A stretch of DNA of 64,000 bases from Guillardia theta CCMP2712 (GCF_000315625.1 NW_005434621.1:97525-161524); one strand, 5' to 3'. Shown: positions 28,841 through 41,704, counted from the stretch's first letter. A program made the numbers and translations. The notes: generated by a model not told the origin, from the letters alone.

Positions 28841-30257
28841 ATGTCAAGCATCACCTGCGATCCTGCCATTTACGGCGAATGGTCAAGAGAAAATCAGTTC
28901 TGCGTTGAGAAGTCTCTGATCACCTTGGACGGCATCAAGTATGTGCAACTTGTCATGGTAACGAGTTTGTTTTTCATGCTTGTTTCTTGCATTGAAATCG
29001 CGAGACAGGCGGTTGTTTCTGCATGTCAGGTGTTCTTCATGGTGACACGAGCGCCCAAAGTCCCATGGGAGGCAATCTATCTCCCGACAACAGAGATGAT
29101 TACATACAGCTTGGCTTTCACTGGCAATGGTTACATCCGAGTTGCTAATGGAAAGTACCTTCCATGGGCCCGTATGGCTTCATGGTTATGTACTTGTCCC
29201 ATCATGTTGGGTTTAGTGAGCAACATGGCGCTGGTGAAATACAAGGTAACAACGAATGACATGCATATCTTCTTTCAATGATTGTTGTTGTCAGAGCATC
29301 CCTTTGAATCCAATGATGATCGCGGCAAGTAGCATTTGCACCGTATTCGGAATTACTGCATCTGTCGTTCTCGATCCCCTGCATGTATGGCTATATTGCT
29401 TCATCTCTTCCATCTTCTTCATTTTCGAGATGGTTGTCGCGTTTGCAATCTTCGCGATAACAATTCATGATTTCCAAACAATCGGAAGCCCAATGTCACT
29501 CAAGGTGGTTGAAAGACTGAAACTCATGCGTATAGTGTTCTATGTATCCTGGATGGCATACCCTATTCTTTGGAGTTTTTCTTCTACAGGAGCGTGTATT
29601 ATGAGCGAGAACACTAGTTCAGTGCTGTATCTTCTCGGAGACGCTCTTTGCAAGAACACTTACGGAATTCTCCTGTGGGCCACAACTTGGGGGCTCCTGA
29701 ATGGAAAGTGGGACAGGGATTACGTCAAGGGCAGGAACGTGGACGGCACTTTGATGCCAGAGTATGAGCAGGACTTGGAGAAAGGGAACACAGAAAGGTA
29801 CGAGGACGCAAGGGCAGGAGAGACCTTCGAAGTCAAGATGTTTGGAAGGACCTTGACCTCTGTTAGGAGGTCCAGGAGGAGGCCCAGGCGCGACATCGTC
29901 TTCAATGGCGGCGACCGGAACAGGTTGTCGGACTCTGACTCGGAGAGGAGGAGGAGGAGGAAGAAGTACCAGCGCAAGGACAGCGAGTCGGAGAACTCCA
30001 GCGACGAGAGCATGGGCTCCGAGCATGAGAAGAACAGACGCAAGGGCAAGAAGAAGAACAAGGAGAATCGCAGGTCGGCACCTCCCAAGGAAGATTCAAC
30101 CTCCGACACACTCCGAGACGCCGAGATCAAGAGGATTATGGACCTCATGAAGCGAAATGCTGGCAGCGACATTCCCGGCCTTGATGGCGATGGAAGGCTG
30201 CGAGATGATGGTGGTCTCATACCCACGAGGAACGAGGAGCATGATGATTCGGCTTAG
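28841..30257 (+). CDS. ACR1: Anion channelrhodopsin 1 (light-gated Cl-/anion channel), 438 aa; exons 28841-28957, 29009-29245, 29295-30257
   Basis: Spliced protein MSSITCDPAIYGEWSRENQFCVEKS... matches GtACR1 as I know it. Helix 3 YLPWARMASWLCTCP (R94, S97, C102); helix 7 GDALCKN (D234, C237, K238); E68; C21/C219. Two canonical GT-AG introns of 51 and 49 nt. Confidence 0.98.
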
Positions 30258-30968
30258 GAGAATGAATTCAAGCATCTACACACCTGCCTCTCCCCCTCTC
30301 TCCTTCTCGTCTTTTCGCTAGTGGCTGCGGTCGCTAGAGCTATTTTACACTTGCAACCTTGTACCACGCAAAGCTTCTTCATGTTGCCATCACTGAGATT
30401 TTCTCACTGACACGTCTCCCTGAAGCTTCATGATGGATTCTCCTCACCATAATTTCACGATTACGTTGGTCCTTCCATCCCGCCTGAAGGCATGATCGTT
30501 TCATCTCACAAGCCATCTCATGTGTCAACATCCATTTCCCTTCCTCCCTCCCCCACAGCGTCTCCCTCCTCCCTCCTTCATAGTCCACATTCCTTTCGTT
30601 CCTTCCCCCGTCTCCTCTACGGATCAACCCGGCAATTCTCCCCGCATCGGATCCCTTCTCGCATTCTACCGCCATCCTCGTACCCTCCTTTCTTCCTCAG
30701 TCTTCCCTCGCATCCTCTGCCATCTTCCCTCGCACATCCCACTGTACAGGCTTGCTCGACCCGCATCCCTGCCCCCCCCCCCCCCCCCTCTCAATAAATA
30801 AGAACCCCGCACTCCAGTGGGCGCATCTCAAAAGCGATTCATCCCTGCCCTCCTCCCGTCCTCCTCCTCCAGCCTCCCTAGCAGGAGCGACAGCTGATCT
30901 TGCCTCGTCTCCTTCTTGTCCTCGTCCCCTCCATTGCGCCCACAACTCGACCGTATCAACAGTCAGCA

Positions 30969-32475
30969 ATGCTGGGAAGAGCTGTTGCCTTCGCTTTCCT
31001 CCTCCCCCTCGTTCATTCCTTCAGCCTGCACGGACTTGGTGCAGTGCCGCGATCGTTGCCCAGGAAGGGCCATGAATGTCGCAACCATCGCAGCACAGTC
31101 TGCCTTGCAGGCTCTCGGGCATTGTTGCTTCCCAAGCCGTGCAGCTGGTACGCCATGTCCGGGGGGCATCACGACAAGAGGAGGAAGGAAGCCAGGAAGT
31201 TGAAGATAGTGAGAGCACACCTTGTCATTGTCATTGCTCTCCCTCCCTCCCTCCCTCCCTCCCTCCCTCCCTCCCTCCCTTGCTCATCCCTTCTCCGCCT
31301 AGGGGGACGTTCCGGCAGGGAGCTCTCGTGTGAGCAGGAGGCAGTCGGCCACATCGGGAAACCTGCGACTGACTCGGTCGGACATCGAGTCAGGCCTCGC
31401 GATATCGGGGACGAGCAGCAAGTTCTTTCGTAAGCTGGTAAGGCACTGCGAGCATGCCATGACGACAATCATCGGCCTCCTGTGATGTTTGCAGATCCCC
31501 TTGCGCGACATCGGCATCGAAGGGGTGGAGATCGACAAGAGAGATGACGGCGATCTTGAGGTAAACCTCCTGCTTCTCTCCATGGTGCCTACGGCAATAC
31601 TTCTTCTCATGTGATACTCCTCTGCAGATTGACATCGAAGTCCAGCAAATGGCTTCGGAATACTTCCTCAAGGTTCACATGCAATCCCATCTACTCTGCA
31701 CTTGCAACAGGTTGGTCCTCTCGTGAGGATGCTCTAGTTGCTTTGTGCTCTTCTTCTGTTCGCTTTTTCTCCTTCTGAGAATTCACCAAGATGTCTAGAA
31801 GAATTTCATCTTCCCATCTCAAGTGATTTCTCGCTTGTGCTTGCATCACGGCGGAAGCTCTGTCAGGTGAGGAGCAGAAGGTCCGCTTGGTTGGTGTAAC
31901 CCTGCGTTGCAGATCGCGAAGAGAAGGGCAGACGACGTGAGTGAGATCTCAGAGAACAAAGGTTTGGCTTTGCGCCTGCGCACGCTGCTGAAACCTGAGT
32001 AGATCTGGTCGACGATTCCATCATTGACTTCTCAGCTGGCATCAACTACATCGATCTTGACGTAGATATTCTCTCTGCGCAGCTTGCTCTGATGATAGCG
32101 TTGCAGCCTGAGGTTGGAGAGTCGCTAGGAGGAGCGATCCCCCTACGAAAGGTCTGTAGTCCAACCTGCAAGGGTCGCTGCGCTACATGTGAGTCAAACG
32201 ACCTGAGCCTTCCTACGCAAGATGGAAGCCTGACTGACTTCTGGTGAAGGTGGGCAGAACCTCAACCTGCCAGGGAACACATGCCGATGTCGCCGTGTGC
32301 CACAGGAGGAGAGACAAAGTACAGGTGCCCAGAGCTCTTTTCACGCTCTCATATGCGTCAAAGACCTCACAATGTCTTCACAGGCAGTCTCAACATGGCA
32401 AATCTGCAGAAGCTTGCATCTCTGCGACGGCAGCTGAAGCAGGAGGAGGACGAGAAGGAGGAGGGCGGAACATGA
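30969..32475 (+). CDS. DUF177/YceD family protein (23S rRNA accumulation), probably plastid-targeted, multi-exon
   Basis: Leader MLGRAVAFAFLLPLVHS-F; LCTCNR..CLEEF and RKVCSPTCKGRCATCGQNLN Cys motifs; terminal LQKLASLR. Confidence 0.75.
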
Positions 32476-32574
32476 GAGTAGTGCCGATAGAATAAAGCAC
32501 ATGTCTTAAGCATGGACGAAACAAGTCCTCGGTCTACACGGACCCACGGTTGTATTTCTACGATGCGAAGGGTT

Positions 32575-32876
32575 TTAATAGATGTTGATGACATCTCCGA
32601 GCCACTCGTTCTGGTACTCGGTGGGGTCGACAGGCTGTTCGTACAAGCCGAGTTAGCTCTTCTTATTCTTCCTCTTCCTCCCCCTCCCTCTCTTACCTCA
32701 GTGATGTGGTAGGTCACTGGTGAGTCATCGAGGTCGTCGTAGATGTTGTCGTAGACGCCGCTGGGCATGCCCTGGAAGAAGGAGGGCATGCCGTCACACC
32801 AGTGTCCACCCCAGGTCCATGGAGCATCATCGAGCATCGAGGATCTCTTAACGATCTTGAAGAGGGGAGAGCGCAT
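32575..32876 (-). CDS. Small acidic aromatic-rich protein, paralog A (79 aa; exons 32876-32697, 32634-32575)
   Basis: Paralogous to 34408 and 39609 with the same phase-0 intron. Ends PVDPTEYQNEWLGDVINIY*. Confidence 0.75.
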
Positions 32877-34407
32877 TCTGTTTCAATAAGGTCAAATCAG
32901 TGCGCGAGTTATACAACCTAACGTCTTTCTCGACCAATCTCTAACTACTGCAGAGTTCAGCTATCGATCGTCACGGTACGTCGATAATGCACAACATCGC
33001 AGAGATACATCAAAGACCAAATTATACTGGCTTCACATCCAATCGAGGCTCAGGAAACCATTTCGGCAGAAAGTGTACCTCTTGGAAAATTCACGGTTTC
33101 CTGCAAAGCTTTGACAACTTCCCTTCCAACATCCACGGTAGGAATCTCTGATCAGCTGCATGAAGGCTTGTAATTCCACTACACTCCTCCTCTTCTCCTC
33201 CTCTTTTCCTCATCTTGCTACCTCCCTGTCCTCAACTTCGCTGCATGTGCATTGCGATCTGAAACATCAAATGATGAAGAGACAGCGCGCGGGCCACATC
33301 CCCTTCCTAATCTCCTAGGAGCACTACCCCCTACCCCCCCTTCTACTACAATTGAACGCCACCCGTATTGTTTGTTTTGAGTAAACTTTAGTATGCTATA
33401 CTTCATCACCCCTGCTTCAAGGCGAGTCATATGTATCCCACCAGGGGTAGGGGTAGTCAAATAGCGAAGGGTCACTGTTTTGACTCTTGGATTGGTTCTA
33501 GCGAGGTCTTAGTTTGAAAATACTCCAGTAGAACCGGGTCCTAGTAATTTGTCATGACCTAGCATAGATTTGGATTCAAAATGTTTATCTGCTGTGTTCA
33601 ATTTGAGCCCTTTCGAAAACAAGTGATATCCATAGTACCCCATAGATTATCGATAACATTTGGGGTAAGGGGACACATGTTTGAGAAAACATATTTTTCC
33701 ATAGGGTAGTACATGAATTTATTGGTTTCAAAGATTTTCATGACCATCGTGAAATATTTCCCGGAGAGTTATCAAAAGACAGCCGAAGCGTACGAAAGGT
33801 CACGAAGGTAATGCAGTAGTCCACTTCCTCTTTGTCGCATGTTGTTCTCCTTTCATGATCGACTCCTCGTCCACCCTTCTTACATCCTCCATCAACCACC
33901 ACCATTGCAACACTCTTGCTCTCGTTTTCCGCTGCCTCTGCTCTTGATTCCGCTGTCCCCTTCTCTTCATCCTGAATCAAAACAACCTAGCTGTCTTGTT
34001 GACGTCAACTTTGAACCCCTTCGTTTCTCTTGCTCCGACATTTCGGATCGAACCCTTTCTCGTAGTGATGTTCAGGGAGACGAATTGATTGCTCTTTCGT
34101 AACAATGGTTTAACATTGTAACAATGGTTTAACATTGTAACAATGTTCGGAGTTTTCCTGTGGCTGTGTGTGCCACAAAGCTTGTTTGGAATGTGTATCA
34201 TGCTCCTAGCGCTCCCTTTCGTGTTCAAGATGAAAGTTGAAAGATGCATATGAATCAGGCTGTGATTGCACTGTGCCTCCTCCACTTACATGAGAGCACG
34301 GTATTCTGTTGCAGTCATTCACGCTTGGATGTATACGAATCCTTGTTTCATGGGATTCGCTAGATTGCAAAGCGACCATCATGCTGACAAAGCATTTGCA
34401 GTCAAAC

Positions 34408-34693
34408 ATGATGTTCAAGGTGTTGCCAATCCGCTCCCTCGAGCTCGCCCCCTGGACCTGGAAGAGCAGCTGGAACAAGGACATGCCCTCCTTCTTCCAG
34501 GGCATGCCCAACGGTGTCTACGACAACATCTACGAGGACCTCGATGACTCACCTGTGTCCTACCACACCACTGAGGTGAGAGAGAGGGAGGAGGAGGAGG
34601 AATAAGAAGAGCTAACTCGGCTTGTACGAACAGCCTGTCGACCCCACCGAGTACCAGAACGAGTACATTGGCAATGTCATCGGCATCTACTAA
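34408..34693 (+). CDS. Small acidic aromatic-rich protein, paralog B (75 aa; exons 34408-34575, 34634-34693)
   Basis: MMFKVLPIRSLELAPWTWKSSWNKDMPSFFQGMPNGVYDNIYEDLDD...YIGNVIGIY*. Confidence 0.78.
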
Positions 34694-34992
34694 GCCTTTT
34701 CTCTCCCCGTTGCTAGTGTGTTGGCAATAAATTTGATACATACCTGAGCAACGTCGTGTGAGAGTTGACCACCCCCACATCTTACTTCCTCGAGGGTTGC
34801 GGTTGCTGTGAAGTCTTACACGTCATGCGTTCACCTCTCGCCAAATGGGGCAGGATTGGCTACAACCTCTCTGTTGCGTTCCAGGAAACAAATTTTGCTG
34901 CCTCACCGTCGTCGATACAGCTTACGGAATGATCAGCCAATATCACCAAATGGTGCCCCTGCAGCAACTAGACGCCAACCAGAATCTCCTGA

Positions 34993-34995
<3 letters not shown>

Positions 34996-35033
<38 letters not shown>

Positions 35034-35140
35034 ATGCACGTCAATACCCGCCTCGTTCTCCTCCTCATCGTTCTCCTCCTCATCGTTCTCCTCCTCATCG
35101 TTCTCCTCCTCCTCGTTCTCCTCCTCCTCGTTCTCCTCCA
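34996..35140. repeat. (CTG)n followed by a 15-bp CCTCMTCGTTCTCCT tandem array
   Basis: Direct inspection. Confidence 0.85.
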
Positions 35141-35333
35141 CCTCTCCCTCGGAATTTACTTCAGTCGGGCAACTCCCAAAGTACCCTACAGGGGGGTGGT
35201 CTATTATGAATTTTTTCTTTAAGAAAGACGGGGTGGGGGTGGGGTTTGACAGAAAGTTGGCAATGGCTGGGGAGGAACTTGAACGAGGGTGCAAGCTGTG
35301 CTTGGCAGGATCAAGCAGAGGAGGTGAGAGATC

Positions 35334-37405
35334 TTGACAGCAGGGATAGACAATTTCCTCACGATCGGCATGGCAGCCCTCGCAGATGTCAATGCTTTCC
35401 TGTCAAGCCTCCCTGGGGCGAGTGTAGAAATGCGTCCTGTTGGCCCGGATGGCACTAACTTGTGTGTACGAGTCTTCCCTCCTGGCTCCTTCTCATCACC
35501 CCCCCCCCCTCTGGTCCCTTCAAAGACCATTTCATAAGAGAGTGCACAACAATCTCGATTGATGTACCACATCCTGCCATCTCTCTGCTCGCCCTCCACA
35601 TCCCCTATCCTGCCCTCCCTTCAGACATCTCGCCCTTTCGCTGGACTCTTCTACCGTTTTTCCTTTTCCAGCTCTAAGTACGCATTATGTGAAGTGTAAT
35701 TTCAGCAATCTCGATGGATGCAACGCCTGCATTCTTGTTGCAGACGCCAACCAGTCAAGACTTTTGGTCATCTCTAATCCACTTTCACCAGCCCCTTCTC
35801 ACTCGAGATCCAGGTGTCCAACTCAGATGCTGATACAGCACTGACCCACCACTGTCTTGAAACTATCATCCAGAAACGTGCGGATGGTGCGGATTTTCAC
35901 CTCCTCCCTCGTCTTTCTTGTCAACCCTGTCATCGTCTGAGGGCCTGAACATCAGTACAGGAGAGCTTCGGGGTGTTGGTGTTCTACTCGTCGTCGCAGG
36001 AGGACGAGCAAGGGGCTTCAAGGATCCAGCGGAAGGACAGGTGCATGGAAAGATTGCTCTGCTGTCGTGCTGATGATGTTCTCTTTCGCAAGATTTTCTC
36101 CCGAGCTGTTGAAGAGCTATTTGCAAGCACGGGACAAAGGCTTGCATTGGATCTTGTGAGAAAGGGTGCGGAGACTGGATTGTACAAGGAAGATGTTTGA
36201 AATCATGTATGAAGGCTCTGCAGTCTCCTGGACAAAGGTCCCCTCACCAGCTCAACTCAGATTCATAGAAGGTACTAGATTCACCCTTGACTACGTTTTG
36301 TCAAAGCTTTACGTGACTTTGCAGAAAAGTTCCAACTCACATCAAAGGCTGTCGAAATCAGCACACCTCGATCATATTCAATGGTTTACATATTGGGATG
36401 AATAGATGTTTTCATGCAACTGATGCTATCGTTAGGAAATAGCTGCCACTGCGCTGGGAGGGGCGTTAGTTTTGATTGGACTTGCTGGACTCAGGGATTC
36501 GAGGAATAAGGTAGAAATAAAATTCTATTCCAGATGTTATATAATATGTTCTGACATGAAACAGGCAGGAGAGAAAAGAAAGGTCGGGAGTAATGTGAAG
36601 GTACAAGTGTGATGAACTTGTTGCTCCCTTTCAATCTCTTATTGCATCACTGGAAGGACTTACTTTCTATTGGAGTTGGAATCGCGATCTGCTGTGTAAC
36701 GGCTGCAAGGATGTCGGGATTGAATAGAACATCGTAATTACACACATCTTCTTCTCATCACGTCATTCAGGAAATCTGCTTGCTGGCTGATAGTCTAAAG
36801 CTTGTCAGAAGTGAAACGGAGGTGGGACAAGAGGATAACGGATACCGGACACATTTCCATCGGATACATTCCATTTCCACACTTGAATGGAGCTATACTG
36901 AAACATTTCTTTGCATCAGCACTGAAGTTCGTATTCGAATCGAGGACAGAAGGGTGTTCTGTGTTCCAAGACCGATTCCTCGCCGTCATCATGCACTTAG
37001 AAGGGAATGCAAGGGCGGTGAGAATAGCCAGGAAAGAATCACGAGCAGTAAGAGGAGCAGGAGCAGGAGGAAGAGGAGGTGTTTGTCTCGGGGGGAGGAG
37101 AGATGGAGGGGCGGAGGTTATTAGAGGCGTGCGGGCCGATGTTTCACAAGTTCAAAAAGGTGTGGCAAATGACAACGGCGCAGGGTATGACCCTTGGTTC
37201 TTTTTCCTTTATCGCTATTAGGAAAATATTCACCTTTCGTGGTAGAGATGAGGCTCTCCCCTCCCCTCCTCCCTCCGGGCACCCTCCCTCCCCTCTGCTC
37301 CTCCCTGCAACCTCTCTCTAGACCTCTAGCGGCATCATCAAAGCATGTCCTGGAGGAGAGAGGATGCTGAGGGTGATAGCGAAAGAGCAGGACCTTGATC
37401 GATAG
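35334..37405 (+). CDS. Hypothetical multi-exon protein
   Basis: Successive protein-like ORF segments separated by short GT-AG introns. No domain recognised. Confidence 0.45.
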
Positions 37406-37449
37406 AAATTTACGTGAAGGCACATTGAAAGCACATTATCGTGTGTAGC

Positions 37450-39541
37450 TCCGTGCTCCGTCACCAAAATCGCCCTACAGCTGAGAGTGGAGGCCAATGA
37501 TGTACCTAGCTGAAGAGAGGGAGGGAGGAGGATTGGAGTGAAGGAGCTCCTCGGGTGGAAGGATGGAATGACCGTTGGTGCATGCGAACTCACCTTCTTC
37601 GCATCGCAAGTTCTCATCAGCTGATAGTTTTACAAGCCTCTCCGCAGGGCACCTCTTGCCGTCAACAAGATTTGATTCCATCAAGCAACCATGGAGGTTC
37701 TTTCTCCTGCTCAAGTCAACTCTGCTCACTGAATACCCCCAGGGCTCCGGTGCTGGCAGCAGCGCGCCGAGGGGATCCCAGCAGCAGCAGCAGTCTGGGC
37801 ATCAGTCAAGATCGGCAGGAGGACAGTCTGCCATGAGGTCGGCTTCCAGAAAGTGAGCATGAGCTCTTAATGCTGTTGCCTCGGATGACTCACATGCTGG
37901 CAGCTCCGGCCGGGCGAACTTGAAGCGGCATGAAGGACAAGCGCAGCCCAACTACTTCCTTGCTAAGCCTGGCGATGCGAAGAGGCAGATCCAGTACAGA
38001 GAGAATCCCTTCCTCCTGCGCGGTCCCAACATGGGCAAGACATGCCTGTCGTTCGGCTACCCCCGGGGGGTAACCGTCATAGCATGAACCGCGTGTCCTC
38101 CTGACCCCTGACGCGACCAGGGGATGGCAGATCGAGCATGTGACTTCCACTGGAAGGAGGACGATCGAGACACAGCCAACGGCAGGTGAGCAGCATGCGC
38201 CTGACTGCAGCGTCGCTGAGACCCGCACAGGTGTAAGTTCAACCATGACTGTCGGTTTGGAGGGGGCGCTCAGCATACAGGCAAAGAGATAGCGGCGGAG
38301 TTTCTTGTTGCTACTGACGTGCAGCTAGACCCAAAACCGAAGCGCATCTGGGATCGGATGGACTCGTTGGTGAAGCAGAGGACAGAGAGCGAGCGGCCGC
38401 TGATGCATGCACTCAGGGTCGAGCTGTCGTGCAGGCCAAGGTAGAGAATGTTCCACTGGACATGCTGCACCCGAACTACCGACATGTCCTCAAAGCAAAG
38501 GCAAGTAGCTGAGTATCCTCCCGTGATCTCTTACCGCCCTGAGCTCAGGAACCCAACGTCATGCAGCAGCTTGTTGAGCCGTTCAAGGGAGCTGGGGGGG
38601 CCAAGACTCCGGGCTGGAGCCCAGCGGTGGAGATGAACCTGGGGCACGGACATGGAGCCAACGCCTTCCAGCAGCATCGGGTGTGTGAGCTGCTAGGCTT
38701 TGCTTCCTCCTGACTAGCTGGGACCAGGGGCCGCTAGGAAGGAATCCTCTAGGACAAGCTGGGAAAAGATATCCGTTCACACAGGTGCTGGAGACTGATG
38801 CTTGCTGTCACAAGCTGCATGCGTGAAGTGAGGTCTTCAGGCAAGGCAGAACATGGTGGAAAGTCTATGGCGGGCTGTGGTTGGAGGGTAACTTGTCACT
38901 GAGGTGTGGAGGAGAGGATGTGAATGTCTTGCTCTAGGTCTGACCGGTCCGAGTGTTCGCTCCACTTGCTCCTTACTAGCTTCAATCCCCGGTATTGTTT
39001 CTTGCAACCAAAACTACTCTCTCGCTCTTTCACTGAACCTGTTTCAGCTCTATCCATGAAGTAGTAGCAAGGCAACTGACCCCAAAGGTGAGTCTGACCT
39101 CAATTGCACCCGAGCTAACAACAACACTTGAAGCAAGCTGAAGCAAGATTCGTCATGGCCCTCATCAAGCCACGAGCGCTATCCAGCACATCCCAGTCGG
39201 ACATGAGACCCGCAACAGTAGGCTACGAGTCTACAGAAAACAGGAGAGGAAACTGGCCATTCGCTCTTGACGGTTTTGAGCAGCCTGACGATGAAGTGAA
39301 CCATGATCTCATTATGTTGAGCCATCTGACAACCTCACGTGCAGATAGTGAAGGAAGCTGATTCGATCAAGCAGTCGTCTCCCAATGTACTGACGAGAAA
39401 TACATGGTTTTGCTTTGCTAAGCCAGATGTGTAGGTGACCAAAGAGGATTTCAAGGGGTTCTGGGAGCGTGCGAGTGATGTTGTGAGCGATGATGGATTC
39501 TTTGCTTTACTGCTCCACAACTGCTTTCGATGAGGCAGCAC
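37450..39541 (-). CDS. Possible hypothetical multi-exon gene
   Basis: Minus-strand ORF fragments and CTCAC/CTTAC donor signatures on the + strand. Structure unresolved. Confidence 0.3.
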
Positions 39542-39608
39542 ATCTTAGCTTAGCTGTGTATTGTTCTTCTATTGAACAAGTATAGAGCAAGTTGCTCCAC
39601 CAAAATGT

Positions 39609-39891
39609 TTAGTAGATTTTGATGACATCTCCGAGCCAATGCTCCTGATACTCGGTGGGGTCGACAGGCTGTTCGCACAAGCCGCGTTAGCTCTTCTTCT
39701 TCCTCCTCCTCCCTCTCTCTCACCTCAGTGGTGTGGTAGGACACAGTTGAGGTATCAAGGTCGTCGTAGATGTTGTCGTAGACACCGTTGGGCATGCCCT
39801 GGAAGAAGGAGGGCATGTCACTGTTCCAGCTGCTCTGCCAGGTCCAGGGGGCGAGGTCGAGGGAGCGGATTGGCAACACCTTGAACATCAT
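39609..39891 (-). CDS. Small acidic aromatic-rich protein, paralog C (75 aa; exons 39891-39724, 39668-39609)
   Basis: MMFKVLPIRSLDLAPWTWQSSWNSDMPSFFQGMPNGVYDNIYDDLDT...WLGDVIKIY*. Confidence 0.78.
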
Positions 39892-41704
39892 TTTCTACAA
39901 AAGGATGTCAACCCATTATCACCATTGAGAAAAATTTGATTTGTCGAGATACAAAACGCATGTTACAGAGTTTGTGAAAGCAGGACATAACATCGGGAGC
40001 ATCGCAGCCAAATCATATTCAACTTTATGAGAAGTTATGACAACATATAAATCACCAAATTCATCCATTTCCCTTGACCATGCGTGGGGAGGAGTAGAAA
40101 CAGACAAAAGAATGTATATTTTGCACGAAAAAAAGCAAGAGAATACAAGACAAGTCACAGCATTTTTGAAATATCATCGTAGCGAATTTCTTCAAGCGTC
40201 TTGTATGAATGCAGGTAAAGGTATGTGAGGAGTGTACAAGAAATGTGAACAAGCAGGCAAAAGAGATGCCTGCAGATAGACAGCAGTGATCACAGAATTC
40301 AGACAACCAAGTCACGAAAAGATATTATAGCAAAGAAAGGATGTTGCAAGACTTAGCATATGGTGGTGGATGCGGTAGTTGTGCAGGATAGGCAAATCAA
40401 CCATACGCACAGTCAGAAACAAACACAAGGCATTTCATTGCATGGGAGTAGCTAGCAAGGAGGAAGGTAAGGGCAAGCAGAAGCGTGTGTATCGAGTGGG
40501 ATCGTTGATATTCGGACGAGGCAGAGAAAGCAAGCAGCAGCTTTTCTCATCGCGCCACATTCAGCATGTTACCTCTTCGATGAAAGGGCAGGTTGACTCT
40601 TGGGCTACTGGTAGGAACAATTCTCCGTTACACCTTGTCCCCTGAAAAGCCATTTCGTAACGACCGTGACCGGTGACCGGACTTGGTCACAGTACCGTAC
40701 AGTACTGGCGTCCCCGGCCGCGCCACTGTCGGGTGACTCGGACCGGGCCCGGCCCGGACAGCGGTCGGGCCGGCCCGGCCAGTCGTGACTCAGACGCAGG
40801 CTGGCCTACCGTACTAGGCCCGGCCCCCCGCTTCACTCAGCGGCCGTACGGTCACCGTCAGTCACGGCCACACTGGCCGCACTGAGCGGCCGCGGCGCAG
40901 CGGTACCGTCGTACAGTGACGGTAGAGGCTCGGAGGACTCCTAACTGAGGTTGCCACCGTCGCCGTACTAGGCTAGGCTAGTGCCACTGGTTACTGACTC
41001 GCCGGATCTCGCGGCGGAGTCCGATAGTACGAGCCCGGCACCACTGCCCGGCCCCGGCGGCCGGGCGGCCCGGCCGCCACGCCAAGTTTAGTAGCACCGT
41101 GTAAGTTAACTAAAGTCGGAGTCCCGGCGAGCCTCGGCGCGGCCACCCGGTCCAGGCCAGAGGCCCCGGCGGTCAGCGGCTTGCTCGTAGTTAAATCATT
41201 ATAGGTACTCAAAAGAACTCTTTTGGATCAAGGAGTTCCCCCTGAATCACCAAAAGCTACAGTTTGGGGCTCATATGGTTTTACTACTCTATCTTTACTT
41301 GTCGGTTGGAAGGGAGGGGGTGGGTACATGAAGGGTGTAATTTCGGTCTTTCCGAAGTTCCCACGGTGGGTGGGGTGGGAAGAAGGTAAAACACTTTTAA
41401 TTTTGATTTAGTGAGTAGGTGGTGGGTGGGTAGGCTTGATATTTGTAGGGGTGGATATGAGTTTAGTGCAAGGGGTAGATGCAAGCATAGATTTCTTTCG
41501 AGCAGGAAGTGTAGGAGGGTGGGGTACTGCCTGAAGGATGCACAGGGATTGAAATGATGCTTGTCATGTGGTTTGGAGGGTGAAGAGAGGAGCAGGAGCA
41601 GGAGGAGGAGAAAGAAAATGAAACGATCAAGAGACAGAATGATGATTCACAAAACTTCAGTGGCTAGACAACCCTGATGAAACTGCGGGAGAAGTAAGGA
41701 AGGA

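Noticed and set aside
28841-30257. Interpretation as a proton pump or cation channelrhodopsin
   Set aside because: Lacks the Asp85/Asp96 carboxylates (Ser97 at the acceptor site) and the helix-2 glutamate cluster.
34808-35294. Poly-A/L/Q/E ORFs
   Set aside because: Products of CTG and 15-bp microsatellites in all frames; no coding evidence.
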